Part shown: piece by piece, positions 61,621 to 64,000 of the stretch
How positions within the stretch are numbered: position 1 is the stretch's first letter
How the letters are laid out: each line of letters starts with the position of its first letter
From: Thermoanaerobaculia bacterium
Lineage (GTDB): Bacteria > Acidobacteriota > Thermoanaerobaculia > Thermoanaerobaculales > Sulfomarinibacteraceae
Length of the DNA: 64,000 bases
Assembly (NCBI GenBank): GCA_027067575.1
Contig: JAMOVQ010000142.1
Location: forward strand, 7,127-71,126
Direction of reading: 5' to 3'
The notes under the pieces: model-generated
What the model was told of the DNA's origin: nothing
Databases searched by the model: none
The model's input: only the letters and a program-made list of their open reading frames with translations
Program-made: the position numbers and the translations under genes

Positions 61621-64000
61621 ATGAGCGGTTTCGAAGTAATCGTCGCAAAGTGGATCGTTGACAAGCTTGCCGACGAAGCCTGGCAGTTGATGAAGGAAGT
61701 CTTCCAGACGGCAAGGAAGGCGGTTCGTGAGAAGGAGAAGGCAGAGGAGCGCGGGGAGAAGCTCGCGGCGGTGCTCGAGGAGGCTCTGGAAGACGCGGAG
61801 AAGGCGATGGGTAAGAAGCGTTCACTTCTTCCAACGAATCTTGCGCTTCGTGTCCGGGAGTACCTTCTGACCTGCGTCCTGTTGGACAGCGGTAAGAAAG
61901 TATCGGCTGCCGCAACCCCTGGGGTCGGCAAGGCGAAGGCATCCGAGTTATTGCAACCGCTCCGTGACCTGTTCAACGTCGCTGCCGATGCCGATGTGGC
62001 GCATCGCTGGGCGGACGCCTACACCAAGTTTGTCATGGTCACGGGAATCGAGCCTGCGGACATGCGTTCCGAGGTGAGGCCCGCCCTCGAGCTCTATTTC
62101 CTCGAGCTATCCCGCTGCGTTCAGGACGGGTTGCTCCGGGCGTTCGGCCAAGAGATGACCCCCGCGGCTCTCGAGCGGATCAAGGTTGCTCAGGAGGATA
62201 CCGTCGCGGCGATCGACCGCTTGGGCACCTCGTTGACGGAAACCCTGGAAACCGTTGTCAGGCAGGCGACGGACGCCATGGTCACCGCCCTGAAGGCGAG
62301 CGACGATTCGCAGGAAACGGTTCTCGGATCGGTGATCGAGGATCCCGACGAGCTCAGGGAGCAATCACGGTGCTATGCCGCGCTTCTGCTCGGTCGGGAG
62401 GGATCACCGATCGAACGCCCGTTGCACAGGAGGATCCGCGAAGTCCTCGGTGGGTTCGGCGTCACGTTCCCCCACGTTGGTCAGCTGTACGTGGTCTCTT
62501 CCGTGGAGCGGCTCGAACGGGGACGACCGGCGGGTGACGAGAGCGTCGAAGGCACGCTCCCGAGGCTCGAATCGTCCACCCCCGGAGAGCCGACGGCTCC
62601 CGAGACCGTGCCAGGTCTGTGGTCCTTCCTCGGACACCGCTGCGTTGCCGTGACCGGGGCGCCGGGTTCCGGCAAGACCATGGAGCTGTGTGCGCTGGGC
62701 CGCTCGCTGGCCTCGAAGCTCGAGGATGGCACGGGCTGGCTGGTACCGCTCTACATCCGGCTCTCGCCACGATCGGGGTCCCTCAAGTCGGAGATGCAGA
62801 AGGCCTCCCACGGGTACGGCAACCTCGTGGCCTCTGCGCTGGCCGGCCGTGAGGGCATGAGTCTCCTCCTGCTCCTCGACGGTTTCGACGAGGCCGGGAA
62901 AGAGGTCGGCCGGAGCATTCTCGAATCGCTGGCTCGACTGCTCGCATCCTGCCCGCGGACGGCGGCCGTCCTTGCGGGGCGCCACCAGTGCGCGCCGCTC
63001 TGGAGGGATCTCGGTCCCCGGCTCGGGCCGGTGCTCGAGCTGCAACCGTTCGACTCCGGCCAGCAGGTGGCGCTCGTCCGGCAGTTGTGTGCCGCTGTCG
63101 ATCCGGAGAGGTGCCGGCGCAATCAAGAAGAGGTCCGGCAGGCAGTCGAGTCCGTGATCCACGGGGGCCGGTTCCTCCTCGGAACGGCGGAGCTGTCCAC
63201 GTTCCTCAGGACGCCGTTGTACCTGACCCTCTACGTGGCCGTGGCCCTCCTCGAGGACGACGAGCCCCCGGTCACGCTCGCGGAGCTGATGCGCCGGTTC
63301 GTCCACAGGATCGTCCGTGCGGCGATGACGGCGCGGGAAATCGAACATCCGGATGAGATGGCGAGGGTGTTTCTGGAGGTCGTGGAAGCACTGTCTGGAG
63401 AGGGCTCGTGGCTGAGCGGAGGGGTGCTGAAGGAGATTGACAGACTGGACGTTGCACGGCTCGCCCGCGAGAACATGCGCTTTCGCACGGCAGCACGCTT
63501 GGAGCACGAAGATCCGGAACCCCTTGCCGCCGGCCTCATGGTGGCCAGCGGCCTGTTCGAGGGAAAGGGGACCGAGGGGGAAGGTCCGTGGACCTTCTCG
63601 CTCTACCCGTTCCAGGAGTACTTCGCCACGCGAGGGCTGCTACGGGTGGTCAAGAGCAAAGGTGGGGATAGGGCCGAAGCTCTTCTCGACGGACTTTCCC
63701 ATGCCGTCTGGAGCGCGGACCTGCCGCGTCACCTGGCCTCCTTGGTGGTCAGCGACATGGATCTTGGCCTCGCCTCCTCCGATCGACGGCAACTGATCCA
63801 GGGGCTCGTCAGACACCTGTCCGTCACGGTGCAACACGGCCCGGGGCAAGCCGTTTCGCCGGATCTCAACCTGTTCCTCGCTCTCCGCGATTCCATCGTG
63901 GCCATCGATTCCGACCTGGAAAGGTGGGCCGAGGATCGGGCGGAAGGTTTCCTCGAGAAATATGCAAATGACCCTGTCGTCAGGCAGTTCGAGGACAACG
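61621..64000 (+). CDS. NACHT/STAND NTPase with unassigned ~340-aa helical N-terminal domain (3' end beyond the window)
   Basis: Not in the ORF track because there is no stop before 64000. ATG 61621, and I saw no in-frame stop over at least 793 codons. Walker A VAVTGAPGSGKT (62656..62679), Walker B LLLLLDGFDEAG (about 62861..62892), then RTAAVLAGRHQ and LELQPFDSGQQVALVRQL as in NACHT modules. The first ~500 nt have visibly lower GC (31 of the first 60 nt are G/C). Confidence 0.8.
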   Translation, partial: MSGFEVIVAKWIVDKLADEAWQLMKEVFQTARKAVREKEKAEERGEKLAAVLEEALEDAEKAMGKKRSLLPTNLALRVREYLLTCVLLDSGKKVSAAATPGVGKAKASELLQPLRDLFNVAADADVAHRWADAYTKFVMVTGIEPADMRSEVRPALELYFLELSRCVQDGLLRAFGQEMTPAALERIKVAQEDTVAAIDRLGTSLTETLETVVRQATDAMVTALKASDDSQETVLGSVIEDPDELREQSRCYAALLLGREGSPIERPLHRRIREVLGGFGVTFPHVGQLYVVSSVERLERGRPAGDESVEGTLPRLESSTPGEPTAPETVPGLWSFLGHRCVAVTGAPGSGKTMELCALGRSLASKLEDGTGWLVPLYIRLSPRSGSLKSEMQKASHGYGNLVASALAGREGMSLLLLLDGFDEAGKEVGRSILESLARLLASCPRTAAVLAGRHQCAPLWRDLGPRLGPVLELQPFDSGQQVALVRQLCAAVDPERCRRNQEEVRQAVESVIHGGRFLLGTAELSTFLRTPLYLTLYVAVALLEDDEPPVTLAELMRRFVHRIVRAAMTAREIEHPDEMARVFLEVVEALSGEGSWLSGGVLKEIDRLDVARLARENMRFRTAARLEHEDPEPLAAGLMVASGLFEGKGTEGEGPWTFSLYPFQEYFATRGLLRVVKSKGGDRAEALLDGLSHAVWSADLPRHLASLVVSDMDLGLASSDRRQLIQGLVRHLSVTVQHGPGQAVSPDLNLFLALRDSIVAIDSDLERWAEDRAEGFLEKYANDPVVRQFEDN

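Noticed and set aside
62404-63507. Minus-strand ORF of 367 aa inside the NACHT region
   Set aside because: The plus-strand frame contains Walker A/B and NACHT motifs. The antisense frame has none and is Arg/Pro-rich.

Overview
High-GC (roughly 68-70% by eye) bacterial chromosome segment that spans the replication-origin region. I saw no rRNA, tRNA, CRISPR array, transposase or integrase. Taxonomy cannot be read from the sequence. The gene content (bactofilin, YfhO-like and CARDB proteins, type I glutamine synthetase, very high GC) would fit an uncultivated Acidobacteriota-like lineage, but that is only a guess.

Core layout: a long minus-strand block diverges from a plus-strand block.
- Minus strand: kbl-like, serS, aspS, atpC-D-G-A-H-F-F', bactofilin, parB, parA, rsmG, mnmG, mnmE, jag, yidC, yidD, rnpA, rpmH.
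- Plus strand: dnaA, dnaN, recF, gyrB, gyrA, CPBP protease, pdxS, pdxT, a hypothetical gene, then dprA, topA, trmFO.
- The dnaA-dnaN spacer has phased CACA-type boxes and the only strongly AT-rich stretch I noticed in the window, so it is my oriC candidate.
- Two near-consensus parS sites lie inside rsmG/parA and mnmG.

Less ordinary content:
1. The left 10 kb is an envelope locus. It holds two GspG-like prepilin genes, each behind a sigma-54-type -24/-12 element, followed by two Wzy_C (O-antigen-ligase-type) proteins, YfhO-like proteins, a membrane-fused spermidine-synthase-like protein and a GT4 glycosyltransferase.
2. Four signal-peptide proteins share an unnamed domain of about 230 aa, at the N-terminus in two and at the C-terminus in the other two.
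3. Most of the long intergenic spacers carry one modular repeat family: GGGA-NNN-TCCC cores, a GAGCGAAGCGA core, and tandem units of 31, 66 and about 135-140 bp. One member is a 181-bp palindromic element overlapping the glnA stop codon.
4. The right end holds a RelE/ParE-RHH toxin-antitoxin pair. Next to it is a compositionally deviant, truncated NACHT/STAND NTPase gene with an unassigned N-terminal domain of about 340 aa.

Many long ORFs in the track are antisense or out-of-frame shadows typical of high-GC DNA, and I rejected them.
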